A stretch of DNA of 64,000 nt from Blasia pusilla. Taxonomy: Eukaryota. Both the position numbers and the translations under genes were made by a program. Within the stretch, counting starts at the first letter, position 1; every line of letters begins with the position of its first letter. The notes below the pieces were generated by a model that was given only the letters and a program-made list of their open reading frames with translations, ran no database searches and had not been told where the DNA came from. The stretch covers positions 37,200,001-37,264,000 of the forward strand of contig CM114271.1 in NCBI GenBank assembly GCA_050084515.1, read 5' to 3'. This document shows positions 28,310 through 42,200 of this stretch, piece by piece.

Positions 28310-31300
28310 TACTCTGGAACCACGAAGCTGTCTGCAGAAACGTGCAACAGAGTACGCTTGTAAAAAATTCGTCATATTTGGACAGTATCGCATCATGAGT
28401 CAACGAGCAGTCAAAGATTGGTCCACGCTTCCATTTTCACCCTACGCCGTCTTACTCATCTCAGAGTCCAAACTGTCTATGAAAGCTGGGCGGGCAGTCG
28501 CCACTTCGGACCGTCCAAAGAGGTGACAAACTGACAACCAAACCGAGAAAGCAATTATCCACTCATAAATGCGCTCTCTCAGCAGCATCGACGGAAGCCC
28601 CGCTAGGTGCTCCGACCTCAGTCATAGAAATGTGACGGTCGAACAAAAGCAAGATCAATCTGTGGACGCCCTCGACTCCATTTTCACGATCGCAGGGCGT
28701 ACTGTACGTGGAACTGACGTCGCTAGTCGGCTTCTTGCCGTCGAAACGTCAAGCAGTCGATAGGGAGGCGTCCATACAGAGCAGTCACAATCTCTCTCAA
28801 AGTGACGAAGTGCAGCTGACTGAATCTAACTCACAGAAGAGTGCAAAAGCGGAAAAACGACGAGACTGACCAGGGAAAAGGACCCATTTGCCATCATTTG
28901 GCTGACACTCAGCACGAAGAATTCACGATGACTTCAAGTAGTATGGAGATAGCTAACACTCTGCACGACGGGTTCCAGAGATGAACGTGGTACAAGCACA
29001 AATGGAAAGAGAGGGTATGAGAGAGCAGGCGTCAGCAGCATTCAGTTCAAACTCAAGGTTGAGTGGAGAGCGTCAACTAACCAATTGATTGACAACGGAA
29101 AGAGTTCCCGAGAGCTCTGATCCTGTGAGTTCGAGTCGAAATGAGTCACCGGTCGTAGCTTATGTGCTGCAGCTCTCACCTCGGAAGTGACTCGAGCTCC
29201 GGGATCTCCGGCCCTCTCCTCGGTGGCAATTTCTGAGATAGCGAAATTTACAGTGAGGGACGAAACGGAATCTTAATCTAATACAGCTGCCGTGAACGAT
29301 GCCAACAACTCCGGCTCCGTGTTTTAAAGTATTTCTGCTCTCATGGGGCCCTTATCGCAAAGAGTCCCTATATCCCGAAAGACCTTGGCTTTAGAGGAGT
29401 GGAACAGGTCGACGCTTCCTCCGGTTCATCGGATCGGACCGCACAACCTGAGAAACTCTGCCAGCTCGAAGGGTGTTAGATTAAATCACATTTTAGTCAG
29501 GGATCATCAGGCTTGCTAATCATAATACGTGCACCTGATGCTGGGGTCGCATGAGCAGGCGAGGTTAGTACCTCTCCATCCGTCAGAAATCCAAAAGGGA
29601 AAAAGAGAGGTTTAGAACAGGCCGCCGACGTGATTGGAAACAGGCCAGCCCCGAGAAGTTATGGAACCCCGGCAGCTGCAGTTATGATGCCCAGCACAGC
29701 TCTTAATTTCCGACCCCCGCACGGCCTGACTTGCCAACTGTCTCTGGGAATGGTAGGTGGGAATGGGGGAATGGTTGGTCACCATAGTTGGCAACATTTC
29801 ACCCTCATTGAGTTTTATTAATTTAGCATGAATCCTCCCTTCCGCCTCTTTTCTGTCACTAGGACGCGGACACAACACCGGATCATTTAACATGCTCCAT
29901 GTGCGCCGCTGCGTGGAGGCAAACGCTCCGTAGACACCTACGGCAACTCCCACTTCCATGCAACCCTGGTGCCCTACAAGAGGAACGAGGGTTGATTTAT
30001 ACATATACATAGATAGTAGATAGATGGATGGCTTGCTATACAGTGGTGGTCTCGAAGGTGATGGCAATGGTTTGAACTTCTAACTTTTGAAATCCGCGAA
30101 GACCGTGTAGATTCGCGCATTGCACCTCCTCCGATGACGGGAATTCGTGCAAGGTTTCAGGCCCTTGGCCTCTCTCCTTGCAAACGAAAAGCTTAATTCT
30201 GACATTGTATCGCACTAACACTGCCACGGTATACTCCTCCAGGTCAAGGGGTATGCGGGGAGAAACCCTCCAACTCTCTTCCCTCCACGGCGGGTTTCCA
30301 AATTCTGACCAACATAACTCCTTCCAATGAAGGCAACAATTATCACCGGTCTCGGATACCCCCGAAAACTTGCGAGAAGTCCATCATGATTCGTTTTCCT
30401 GATTCATGGAAGCCTGCAGCAGCACTGGGAAATTGACACGTTCCTAAACTTTAAAAGCGAAAGTGAGGATAGGTTCTAACACTTGCCGTTTCGATCTCTG
30501 CGCATTCAGGTACCGCCCTAGAAGCACCGTTTTATCGGTTCAATATCTCCCCGGCAGCTTCCCGAGCCGTGCGAGAGTTAAGCGCCTGCGCTAAACCCAG
30601 CATGGAGAATCCGGGAGTTCAGGGTTCCTGACCCGAAAGAAGGAGCGAGTCGCTGTTGTCCTTTATTCTGCCTTAATTCTCTCTCTCTTCGCTCCTCACG
30701 AGGCTCTTGAAGAAAAAAAAACTGCAGCCTCTGGACAATGCTCGCTTGCAGTCAGGCAGGCAGGCTGGCAGCCAGCCAGTGAGCCAGCCACGCAGTTAAA
30801 GCAGATGCAAAAGCTTGACCAGACTCCAGTCACTCCGACTGTAGATAGCCTGCTATCGTCACCCAAACTTCCCAAAGCCGCACGCAGTGCAGTCCGTCTT
30901 GACGATCTTCATCGAAGCCAATCGACAACTCCCAAACATTCAAAAGCTGTCAGTGAAAGAATTTTAAATTGCGGGGATATTTTTCCGATTTTTACTCCGT
31001 TCCCAGCTCCTTCACCGAAGGCTGGAATTGGTCTCACTCCAACTCGGAGGGCATGACCTTAATTCTTTTGCTCTGCTTGCGACAACTTCCCGTTCCTCTT
31101 ACATTATGTACTCCAAAATTTCTTTTTCATCATGATAGTCGGTAGGGTGTCATAGAGGCTCCGGTAAGTTTGCACGCTCTAACACCAAATGCACACTGCG
31201 CAGAGAAATCCAAGCATGTTATCTGCGACAAGCTGAACATCAAGTCGTACCTGAGCGCCCGAGGGAAATGTAACACAACGAAATTCTTTCCACGTTTTAC

Positions 31301-34300
31301 TGTCCCGACTAGGGGGGCCCTTTTTTCAGCTCTCCCATTAAAATGAGCTCACGAACTCAATGGAATGTTTTTGGTTGAATGCTTGCTTGGAGGTGCCAAC
31401 AGGCTCCCGAGCAACTGGGAAGCAGAGGTGTTCTTCCATTCCATAGATCGAGGATATCGACGGGCATAGCACTGCCCTAAACCCCGACTTTAGCTGGCAC
31501 TGCACGGTTATGTTCTTTTGTGGACAAAGCTCAGGTCATGCGGACCGTCCTGCAGATAGATCTTTCAGTTCCTTTTGAGTCTTGACCCTCGAGAATGGGA
31601 TGGATTCTGTCCTGCTCGAGCGGTCGCGTACTGGTGTCCACCTATGAATGAGGAAAGAAATCAGAATCTCCAGAATACCCTCAAGAGACATACAGATATA
31701 CTGCTACGATTTTTGTCATGTACACGCAGCTATCGAACTCGGAGACAAATCAAATCTGGAGAGTCGCCTATACTTTCCAAGTTTTGTCCTATGCGTGTTT
31801 TTTTTGTCTTGAATTCCAAGATGGAAAGTAATAGGCTTTTGGCTAAGTCGTGGAGGATATCGCAAGATGTGTCGTTCCATTCCAAAATTCCAATCAATAG
31901 AAGTCCACAACCTCATTTTCATATTATCTTGCTCGTTGTTAAAAAGACGCTCCTTTGTTTACCGTGGCCGATTACGATAGATTTAGGAGTCGGTTACTTG
32001 TTGTTCTTATTAATATTTCACCCGTCTCTTATGATGAGTAACCTTTTATTGTTGTTGTCGATGCACACTTCTTTCTCTTCCCAATATTTAGATGCCCTAC
32101 TCCGTTCTAATTTCGGATAATCATTTCCCTATATCTCTTTCTTACTTCCTTGTCTTCCAAGTTTCTTATATCTCTTTCTTACTTCTTTCTCTTCCAAGTT
32201 TCTTGCACATAACAATAAAAATAATATTATTGGTTGAGAGTGGCAAATGTGAAGAGGAGGCCCTACAAATGTGATTTTCATTCTCTTAAAAATTTTGAAA
32301 AATGATCGCTTGGATGGACTCGTGCGTTACATATATTTTTCAAGAACAAATAATACAAGACACCTAAAATCCCAAACTCATGAATCCGTCCCCGATCAGG
32401 CAAGTAAAACTCTCTTTCACAAAATTCAAACCTTTGCGGTGCGTTTAAAACCTTTGGAGTTTGTTTAGGGTGTTTAGGGAAATGACAAAAAGACACACGA
32501 CGTCTTGTTATCATTTCTCCATTTGTGATTTATGTGCGGTGAACTAGGATAGTATATGTGACGGGAAAGGACTATGAAGGGGAGGGAAATTTTAACTCAT
32601 TTGTAAAATAAATAAAAACTTTGAGAAAATAAAACCTAATACGCAAGCTAATGACGATGGGTTGCGGTCACTTAGTGTGGTGGAGGCATGTAAATCAAAG
32701 CCTCCAATTTAATGTGGGCACATTTGTCTAACTGCTCCTAAACATACTAACAACGACAAAGTAGTAGGAATTATTATAATTTTACGAAATTTGTTTCGTC
32801 CTCTTGGCATATACTAACAAAGTAACAATAGAGCAGTTACTCTATATCCTTTCATCCGCTGGCCTTTTCAGCTCTATTCGTGACGTCAATGCCCTTTGGT
32901 GGCTCTCTTTTTACCTCAATTCAATGCACCTCCAAAAGCATCTTATAAATGCGCAATGAACCCTACAAAGTCCTCATGAACACCAGTTACCTCCTTGTCT
33001 ATGCAAGCGCCATACCACTCGTAAAGAACGCAAGGGAATCGGTGGGTCAAATCCATTATTCAATCTCGTTATCTCCTCCAATTGAATGAAACGTTAACTC
33101 GAATAGTTGTACTCACCTCGAGATCTCGTTGTCCAAACCAAAAGAGTGGTACAGACAGCGTAAGCCTTGTCCCTTTTACACCTGTTCTCGATAAAAAGAT
33201 GCACCCACTACCATAGAACAATTCGAAACCCATACACGATCCAAAAAGAAAAGCGTCACAACACCAACTAACCTACGTCATTTAGAGCCTACACGATATC
33301 TTTATGAAGTAGGAAAGAGGAGCATGGGATTTTATATGCAAATTCATATTTCCTAAAGAAAGTTCAAAATTAAATGACGCAGGATGTTCATGTTTAGCAA
33401 AAGGTAGGAGGGGCCTACCTTGTACTAGTTCATACTAGTTGGTCGGAAAATGTTATAAGTATTAGTTAATAATTTCATTCTTTTACTAATTTTCAGACCC
33501 CCTTGAGGTGACAAAAGTAATTTTAGGAAGGTTTAATGACAGATTTCGAGGATGAAATTATTAAGGAAATTAATTATAATTTCAATAATTCTCAACTCCC
33601 CTAAATAATTTCATCCCCATAAAATTTTTAAAAATATGTACCATTCCCCTTCCACTCCTAAAAATTACATCCATTGAAATATTTAAATTAAATTAATAAA
33701 AAATCATTTTTTCACTGAAATTTATTTTCTTTCCCCAAAATATTCTATTTGGATTAACATGATAAATTATAAAATGAAACTTATAAAATAATTTTGCTTT
33801 TTGTTTCAACATTCAAATCTAATTTTTACTTTCTTGAATCTTAAAGGAGTAATAAAATTCCAATTTTCTAAGTAATACCACTCCTTAATTAAAATTTAAA
33901 TAATACCCCACTCCCCTAAATAATTTTACCCTTCCACAAAATTTAAAAAAGACTTAGTCCCCCTTTTACTCCTCCCATCCAAAAAATCATGAGTGAATAA
34001 TTATTCTGAATTAATAAAATAGTTTTCCTCTTTCATAAAAAAACATTTTTTCTTCCCATCAAATATGAATTGAGGGACAAAATTGCAAACTTTTTGCTAT
34101 TTTCCTTGTTAACCCACTATTTTCATATTTTACAAGCAGGGATTATAAAGTTGCTCATTATAATATAGATAAATTAAAATTTAATTAAAATTTAATCTTA
34201 ATAAATAAAATTAATTTCTTTTTCCATTAAAATTCATTTTTCCTTCAGATTAAATGTGAATTAAAAAAAATAACAAGCATGTTGCTATTTTATCTTATTT

Positions 34301-35261
34301 TCCCATTTATTTTTCCTAACTTCCTCTTTTTCAACATGAATATCATTAAATAAGTAGATAACATTTGATTTTCTACAAAAAATATGGAAATATTCATGGA
34401 TTTTGGCAAAATCCTAAACACTCAACCCTAATATGACCACGTTTCACTATACAAACCACACACATGACACATGGTCCATGCACTAGTACAACGCAGGTAC
34501 ATCATGGATTTATTTGAAAAGTAACAAAATACATTGAGGCTAATAGAGCCTCGTCCCAAAAGGTACTCATATTAGTACAAGAACAATTGAAAGTGAATTA
34601 GAGAAAAAGGAACACTTTAAGCAAGTAGATGTGTTAGATATGCGTTGAAATGGAGGCCTCCTAATCTTATCATTGCATATAAGTCTCCAATATTTTAGGA
34701 GAGGAAACTATATTATTTATTTATTTATCTATGTATCTATATTTATGATTATAACTCAACATATTCTAGGCTCATTTTTTTTAATTACGGAGAGGGAGTG
34801 CTTTCTCTACATATTTCTCATGGTATAGTTTTTAGTCTCATGGATCACTATGGGAAGATCCCAATCGGACACAACCAACATATTTGAAGCTCATCTTTAG
34901 ATATTTGAGTTCCGTCGGAACAATTTATTATAGTGACGATATAACATCGTGTGTAATAAGTAGAGTTGAGAGTGGATTTGGCATAATCTTTATGTAGATT
35001 TGTAATACCTTAATAAGCGTTGAATACAATTTTTTTAGTTGTTTAATACACAATTTTTTTCCCAAGAAGATCACTCTTCTCTCGTGAAATGGAGATTTAT
35101 CAAGAAACTAGTTCATTCACTTAATCCTTCTTCCAATCCAAAATCAATTCACTCCTCTTTCCTCATAATTCTTCCAAAATAGAATACTCAACTCCTTGAT
35201 TAAACGTCTTCTTGAGTGGAATAGAATAGTATTCTCAAATTTTGGAATCCTGATCAGTACT

Positions 35262-35787
35262 CATGGACAAGTCTATCCTTAAGATGAAGGTGGATGGAAA
35301 AAATTGGACATGGATTGCAAAAGGTAGGGCCCACACTTGTAGTTTATGGTGGAAGGCAAGGAAAGGGTATGGTGGAGATAGAAGGAGGAAGGAACGAGAA
35401 AGTATGGATCACAAAGGCAAGTGGAGGAGAGGGGGGGAAGATGAGAAAGAAGGGGGAGATGGGGCCCATAGAGATAAATTCTTCTATAGGACGGACGTAA
35501 GTCCACAGACATTGACATCTTTGCATACAGAGGCTTGGAAGGACTTATCCATATGGGGCCGTTCCTTTGCCTCCTTTCTCATTCTCCCCTACTTGCCTTT
35601 GAGTTCCATACTATCCTATTTCTTCCTCCCTCCACCTCCACTCCCTCCCCACTTATTGCGTAAGTCACCCTTTCCCAACCTTCCATCATGAACTATAAGT
35701 GTGGATCCCATCTCTTCTAATCCATGTCTATAATTTTTTGCCTATGTCCGTACTAGGAATAAACTTGTCTATTTTTGTGCAACCATG
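35262..35787. mobile_element. Inverted pair of hAT-type MITE copies
   Basis: 35262-35525 is a minus-oriented copy; 35535-35787 is a plus-oriented copy ending TTTTTGTGCAACCATG. Confidence 0.75.
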
Positions 35788-38700
35788 GTTGTATTAGACA
35801 ATTAGTTGCAACCTGCTACATTAGCAATCCTACATGGATTTTTTGGTGTGGTTGACGTGGATTATTTGATGTGATATATGACGAATAATGATTTGACTAA
35901 ACCATGTCAACTATGATGTGGTATATGACTTGGAAAATAATGTTAAGCGTGTGAATTATTACCAATGAATATAATATTGTCTAAGTTACATACTATTTGT
36001 ATCGTCACAAAGTTTAGTATTGATTTAGTCTCAAATTTGAATGTGTGATGATGTAACGATATTGCATGGCAACTTTGTTGTTTTAAATATTTCACATAGT
36101 TGCATTATATGACACGTAGATCATCCTTGGAAACACACTTACGAAGTGATGTTATTATTAGTTGTTTTTATAACTAGTTGTAGTGACAATAAGAGTGGGT
36201 TTAGTTGTTTGAATTCTAGTTTGATACTAGTTTTATTTCAATTGTAGCAATAATTGTAGTTCTCTAAAATACTAAAAGAGAGTTTTTTAATGTGGCATTA
36301 TCTCCTTCAAGTTCATTTTCTATAGTTATCTTGCACTCTTAAAAACATTGCATTTTTAGAGTTCTGCAAGATGTAATTATCCCTTCCTCAAATAATTTGA
36401 AGACACTATCTTACCTCCCAAGTGTGAAATCAGATTGTGAAAATCCACAAAGTAAAAATGGAATATTCATCATACAATTCGGCTTATTTATCACCAAAAT
36501 CCAAAATTGAGAGAAAAAACTATAAGCAAATATTCAAGAGAAATAGTAGAAAAATACAAACAACTTTTTTGCTAACAATTTCCATATAGTCTTGGAATCT
36601 ATACATAATAAATGTTAAAAATAAGAATACTTCTCATAACAAACCTAAATGAAATTCATTGTAGAGAATGTTCACAAAATGTCAACTCCATCCAAATGGT
36701 AATAACAATCTAGATCAAAAATATGTACATAGAGTGTAAGACATATTGGCAATAATACAGCCACTGATTGTTGACATAACAAAAAATATTGAAAGTAAAA
36801 ACCAGACTTCAAAATTATCTCTCTATATTGTCATATGCTACTCCCGACTACAAGATTATGGTAAAGTAGGAAGAATTTTCTCTACAATTCTCTCAACCGA
36901 AAGAACAAAGGTATTTAGAGCATGTTTCAAGTTTGTTTGTGGTGGATCGTCGAGAAGGTTTGGATATGGTAAATTTTTCTCCTTTGTCATTCACAATCAA
37001 AATTTCCATCTTTATAAGTCCTAAAGGGATCAACTTACCATGGAATTTTTCTCGACCATAAATCCTTGATATCTTTCCTAATCCCAAATGAAACCAATAT
37101 TTTTGTTGACCATAGAAGAAGACCTAGTCGCCTACGATCAATTGTACAATAAAAAAAACACTGAAAACAATTGAAAAATTTAACAAAAATCAACCATCCA
37201 CATATCTATCAACTTTAAAAGCTTCTCACCTTCTTGAAGCTCCATCCATTCACGGGAATGTTGCATGAGTATTTTAAAATCAAAAGATCCATAGAGTTGT
37301 ACAAAGCAAAGTCGCATGAACCTCTCATAAATTTTCATACGTATCGAAGAAAATATAAATAACAAGAAGAATAACAAGCATTTTAATAATCATATCTCAT
37401 TTGTGAAACGGAGCTTAAGTTTCCATATGTCACCTCCACTTCACTAGCTCCATAGATAGCCCGCCTAAGATACTCCACAATAATAGCTCCCAAAATAATG
37501 ATGCTAGATATTCCAAAATATGAAGGGTGACTTTGCGGGTGACCCCAAGCATTAGCCATGCTAATAGTGCTCCTCTATCCTCCCTCCACATAACAATGTC
37601 TACAAATGGCACATACACGTGGCCATCTTCTAAGCGGAATAGCCAATTCCTAGTCTACCTTTGTCGCCTATTTGGGGTCCTATAACGCTCAAGAATAAGT
37701 AGTGACATAATTGAAGACTCGCTTGATTTTTCTCCTTCCTATTTTGAATGGACAAAGGATTTCGTTTTACTTCCAATTTAGCTTGAGGGGAATCCATTTG
37801 ATGTTTACATCAAATGGATTCCCCTCAAGAACTCTATCCACCAAAATTTTTGTTATTTTGTTGTAATTTTTGGGAGTCAAAGACACCATTTGAATGGATC
37901 TTACATCTGTCCCGACTATGGAATGATCAATCTTATCAGATTGAGTGGTTGTGGATTTTTTGAGGTAGCATCCATTGAGGACTTGGCATGAGTCAAAGTA
38001 GCAACCTTTACATGACCAACTTTAGATAAAGGTGAAGTTTTAGATGTAGGGAGAAGAACCTCAAGATGTGAAAGTTTAGGTTTGGAAGAGGCATTTGATT
38101 GAGGAAGGAAACTCTGAAGAGAAGGAGATGTGGAGAAAACTTGGCAAGTAGGGAGGGTGGCCTTAAGAGAATCTCATCTAAATTGAGGTAATACACCTTT
38201 TTATGGGAGACGAGAAGGATTTCATCTATCAATAAGGGTAAATTCCTAGTGGGAGGGGCAGAAGTAGGAAGTGCATCAGTATCACCAAGTGGTGTTGCAA
38301 TACTCTTACCCTTATTACTTAATTGATGCAAGATTTCCATGATCTTAGAGAGAAAACTTTAGACGTACTATCTCAACTTGTGTGCTTTCAGACAACTTCT
38401 CAAACGTCTCCAACCTCTTGGTTAATGTCATAACTTCACTCTTCAAGCATGAGAACAAGTAGAATTAATGCCATTAGAAATTATAGCACATCAAAACTCT
38501 CAATGACTATGGTGCCAAGATGTCAAGAGTTAGTAAACATATTTTAACATAACCAAGATTAAAGTGTATATTTCTTGAGATGGTTTGGTGACTCTTTTTA
38601 GATTGTGGGATTCCACCCAAAGTTTCTTCCAAATCTTGTAATAGAGGGCTGGCTCCTCACTCTTTCCTCTACACATACATACAAACCAAGACTTTATTCA

Positions 38701-38899
38701 CCAGTTGCATTGTCCCATTAGCTATCACATATTATGTATCTCTGATATCCTTCGGATATAACATTAATCAAATATGCACATTCATAAACCATAACATAAT
38801 ATGAGAACTATCAAACTTCAACACGAGTGATTATCAACGTATGTCATTTAGTTATTTTCACCAGCATAGTGAGTGTTAGGCACGTATTCCATTCCGATT

Positions 38900-40050
38900 G
38901 AAGTTCTCCACTTTTGATCTATTAACTTTCATTCATGTAGATTTTGTGTCACCCTTAGGAGATAACCAATATATTTCCAAAATTTTCCATGTTCGAGGGT
39001 TCACCTATATGGGAGTTGGGCATTTGCAAGGTTACACACGGAAAAAGTCTGTACCCTGGCTATCGCTTGGGCTTCATGCAAACTACAAAATGGGTGAAGG
39101 CTCGGCCAACATGGGTCTACATTACGGGCTCGGGGGCGGGTTCGGTAGTGGATGGGGGACCCGTTGGGCAGGTTCATTTTTGTGCAACCTTTTCCGTATT
39201 TGATCTCATCCCCAATATCTCTCCATAGTTTCTCTAACCCAACCCTTTCTCTTTTCAGAATATATTGCAAAAATGTATTCCAAAATTTATCAACTATCTC
39301 TCCACCAAAATATTCGCAGCGAGAGTCAATCTCCCTATGAATGCTCTTAATGTCTTGTTTTGATTGAATTTTTTTATCCACTTTGCCTAATTGGGATCCC
39401 CAATAAACATGGATATAAAGAAGGTTTAAAAAAACTCATGAAACACATAGGAAAAATGTTCTTTGATTGGAACAATTTTCCTCTAAAAACCTTAGCCAAT
39501 ATTTTGTATTAATATTTATCAGTGTGATAATAGGATTATACAATTGTTCGGCATTGAATATAGATGATGTCACTTACAATAGCTACAATCTCTCCCATGT
39601 GATGTGCAATACCACTACTTAGTTAGTTGAGTTTAGTTGTGAAACAGTTACAAATTTCCTCCTTCAAACTACCTTTTCTTTCCTTTATCTTACTCAAAGT
39701 TAATCTCCATTGTGTGTATTGTGTAGTGGCCGCTCTGATAATAAGATATACAAATTGTATCATCCATTGTAACAGTTGAGTTAAACATATGATTATTCTC
39801 TAAACTATTAAGGCTTCATGAATCTAATTTGGATCTTTTAATTTTTCAATTGTTTAAGTCTTACAATACTTGTCTCATCTAATATATACATGTCTCAGTC
39901 TTATTTGCAAACTCGCCATAAAGGCCATATACCCCATCTTTGAAGTCCTAATTATGTATACGTACTCTCAGATTGTCCATTGCAAGCCTCTTTTAATCTC
40001 TTACATGCCGTACACTCCCGGACTAGACAACAATATTTTCACTATCACCT
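38900..40050 (-). mobile_element. Possible L1-type LINE ORF2 remnant
   Basis: SSPGVYG (cf. KSPGPDG) at ~40005-40030 and LLGIPI (cf. YLGxP) at ~39390-39405, in the correct order. Otherwise too decayed to read. Confidence 0.35.
39027..39192. mobile_element. Short (~165 bp) hAT-type MITE
   Basis: CAAGGTTACA ... TTTTTGTGCAACCTT ends with a GC-rich interior in an AT-rich context. Confidence 0.55.
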
Positions 40051-40094
40051 GATTGATCACAAGACACTCCAACGTCTTACTGGATGATTGATTG

Positions 40095-40299
40095 GAGAGA
40101 CAACCGGTGTAAAAAGTGTTTGAAGAGCTTTTGTGAGTGCGTAGCCCGTGAAGGGAGGGGTTTAATGATGTTGCATACAAATTCAAAATTTTATCTTGTT
40201 TCTTGTAACATGTGAAACATTTTCTTGCTGCCCAATTACCACTTATCAAACATTTAGGTGTTTGCAAATGAAGATAGCACTCTCCCATAATAATATAGA
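40095..40299 (-). mobile_element. Mini-Helitron family copy
   Basis: The reverse complement reads A|TCTATATTATTATGGGAGAGTG...GCAGCAAGAAAATGTTTC...CTTCAAACACTTTTTA, collinear with 4123-4300. The 3' end is lost. Confidence 0.8.
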
Positions 40300-40364
40300 T
40301 TGTAAAATGACTTGTGTATATAATTCTTAGTGACATGGAAAGATCATCTTTAGGATCCACACAA

Positions 40365-40813
40365 TCATTATTTATGACTCATTGAGTCATTCTTAAAGAC
40401 ATGGACAAGTCACTTTTATGATGCACAAAGTCGATCTTTATGACTCATTGAGTCATTCTTTATAACTCAGACGAGTCATTCTTTATAACTCAGACGAGTC
40501 ATTCTTTATTACTCAGACGAGTCATTCTTTATTACTCAGAAGATTATGGGTTATTCTTTGTGACTCATCCAAGTCATTGTTTATGACTCACCTAGTCATT
40601 AAGAATCACTACAAAGAAGTCGTATTAAGTGAGGAAGATGAGAAAAAAAATCAGACTAAAATATGACTACACTTGGTTTGAGTAACAACTTATACAAATA
40701 GGAGTAATTTTTGTTATTGTAGTTTGGTTGAGTCATTACAGAGTCTCATAGTCTGATTTTGAGAAACATAAAGTATTTTTTTTAGGCAATGAGAGTGGAG
40801 TTTTGTACTAGTG
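40365..40813. mobile_element. CACTA-type subterminal repeat block and terminus
   Basis: ATGACTCA/TGAGTCAT motifs, a 23-bp tandem unit (GAGTCATTCTTTATAACTCAGAC, ~4x, 40450-40540) and the terminus TTTTGTACTAGTG (reverse complement CACTAGTACAAAA). Confidence 0.6.
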
Positions 40814-41039
40814 ATATGTGGCGAAATTTTGTGTTGATCCCTCCCTAGAGATCCTACGCTCTCACAACCTCCTTCAGATGCCGCCACACAACAAATGTGG
40901 TATCCAAATATATTAAGTTTCCACTATAAGAGCATGATTGTCACTTGACTTTGTCTCCTCCAAATAAAAAGGCATAGCTCCAAACTTTCATGACAAGCTC
41001 CATTACCTAATCATCATTTTTCCCTTTAAGAAATTTTCT

Positions 41040-41480
41040 CCTTCTAGAAACCGAGGATGAAACCAAGGGGATACAAAATCATACTCCTTACCAACACATC
41101 ATATAACTCGATATGTCGATATCGCACAAGTGCGCACCATCTTACTATCTGACGCATGCTTTGGCCAAAGTCTAACAACTAACTCATGTCGAGTCATATA
41201 CTGCAAGGATGACACACCCCCAATAGAGGTCTATATATGAAAGGGACAAGGCCCGATATCACCTTTCTGTAACATGAACGTCAAACACATCGCCTTCCTT
41301 AACATCAAGGGTTGAGCTCTTAAATCAAGTAGGACGCATTGCCGGTAATACATTATACTTGCGGGAATAACCAAGAAAAAAGCTCCATCTCGATTGTCCA
41401 AAAACACCACACCTTGTGTCATCATGGCTCGCTCTATCGTTGGCCTAGGTAGCATATCCACCAACTTTTCCGCCAAAGTA
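41040..41480 (-). pseudogene. Retroviral-type aspartic protease remnant (gypsy-like)
   Basis: VLLDLRAQPLML (degenerate LLDSGA active-site motif), followed by PCPFHI*TSIGG and, after a frameshift, LYDVLVRSMILYPLGF (D(V/I)LxG-like motif). Co-oriented with the LTR at 42619. Confidence 0.7.
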
Positions 41481-41538
41481 TGCCATCATTGAGTGAGCAT
41501 AATGTCCCAAGCACTTGCTCTGAGGGAAAATCCACCAC

Positions 41539-42200
41539 CAAGGTTGCACGCAAACAAAGTATGTGTCCGAAGACTTATATTTATCCCGAGGACGGACATG
41601 TCCATGCAAGCCCGAGTGAGGGCTCCTCGGACCCGCATACCCATGGCCCACACCACCCAAGCATTCTACCCTTGCTTGCGCACTCCGCATCTTGTCCATT
41701 GCCCATTTTTAGCCCCCAATTGATAGCTCGCGTCCGACCTGCGGTTGCGAACGAGCCAACCCCCGACTAGCCCGCCCCAGTCCACGCGTGGGCTGACGAC
41801 CCCACGTCTAGCCCGCACCCAGCCCAACCTAGCATGCCCTTGCCCAAGCCTAGCCCATGCGCAAGCTATCACAGCCCATTGTAGCCTGCTATTACCTGCG
41901 TGGGGGCCACAAGTCCACGCCGTAGCCCATGCACATGCCGCCAGGCCCTGCAGTAGCCGCCTATCCAAACAACCACTCTTGAGTTGCCATGTGTAATCCT
42001 AGGACTTTTTCATCAAAACCGCGCTCAGCCCGCATCCCGCAAACCCTACGGTGGTATGTGGCACAATCTGAATGGCGGAGGCTTAATTCAAATTTTCCTC
42101 CCTCCCCTTCTTTATTCCCAAACTTGGTTTGGGATAGAACCCATAAGCAAAGGGCCCACATGTGGGCTTCAAAATCCTTACAAGGGAGGGATTAAGGGCT
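41539..42200. mobile_element. Truncated hAT-type element (left end) with GC-rich GCCC-motif interior
   Basis: CAAGGTTGCA terminus at 41539. The repeated gccca/gcccg motifs resemble 22800-22960 and 55755-56150. Confidence 0.5.

Noticed and set aside
29612-32120. Longer ORFs (151 aa at 29612-30067, 181 aa at 31575-32120) as genes
   Set aside because: No recognisable motifs, non-ATG starts and no supporting exon structure.
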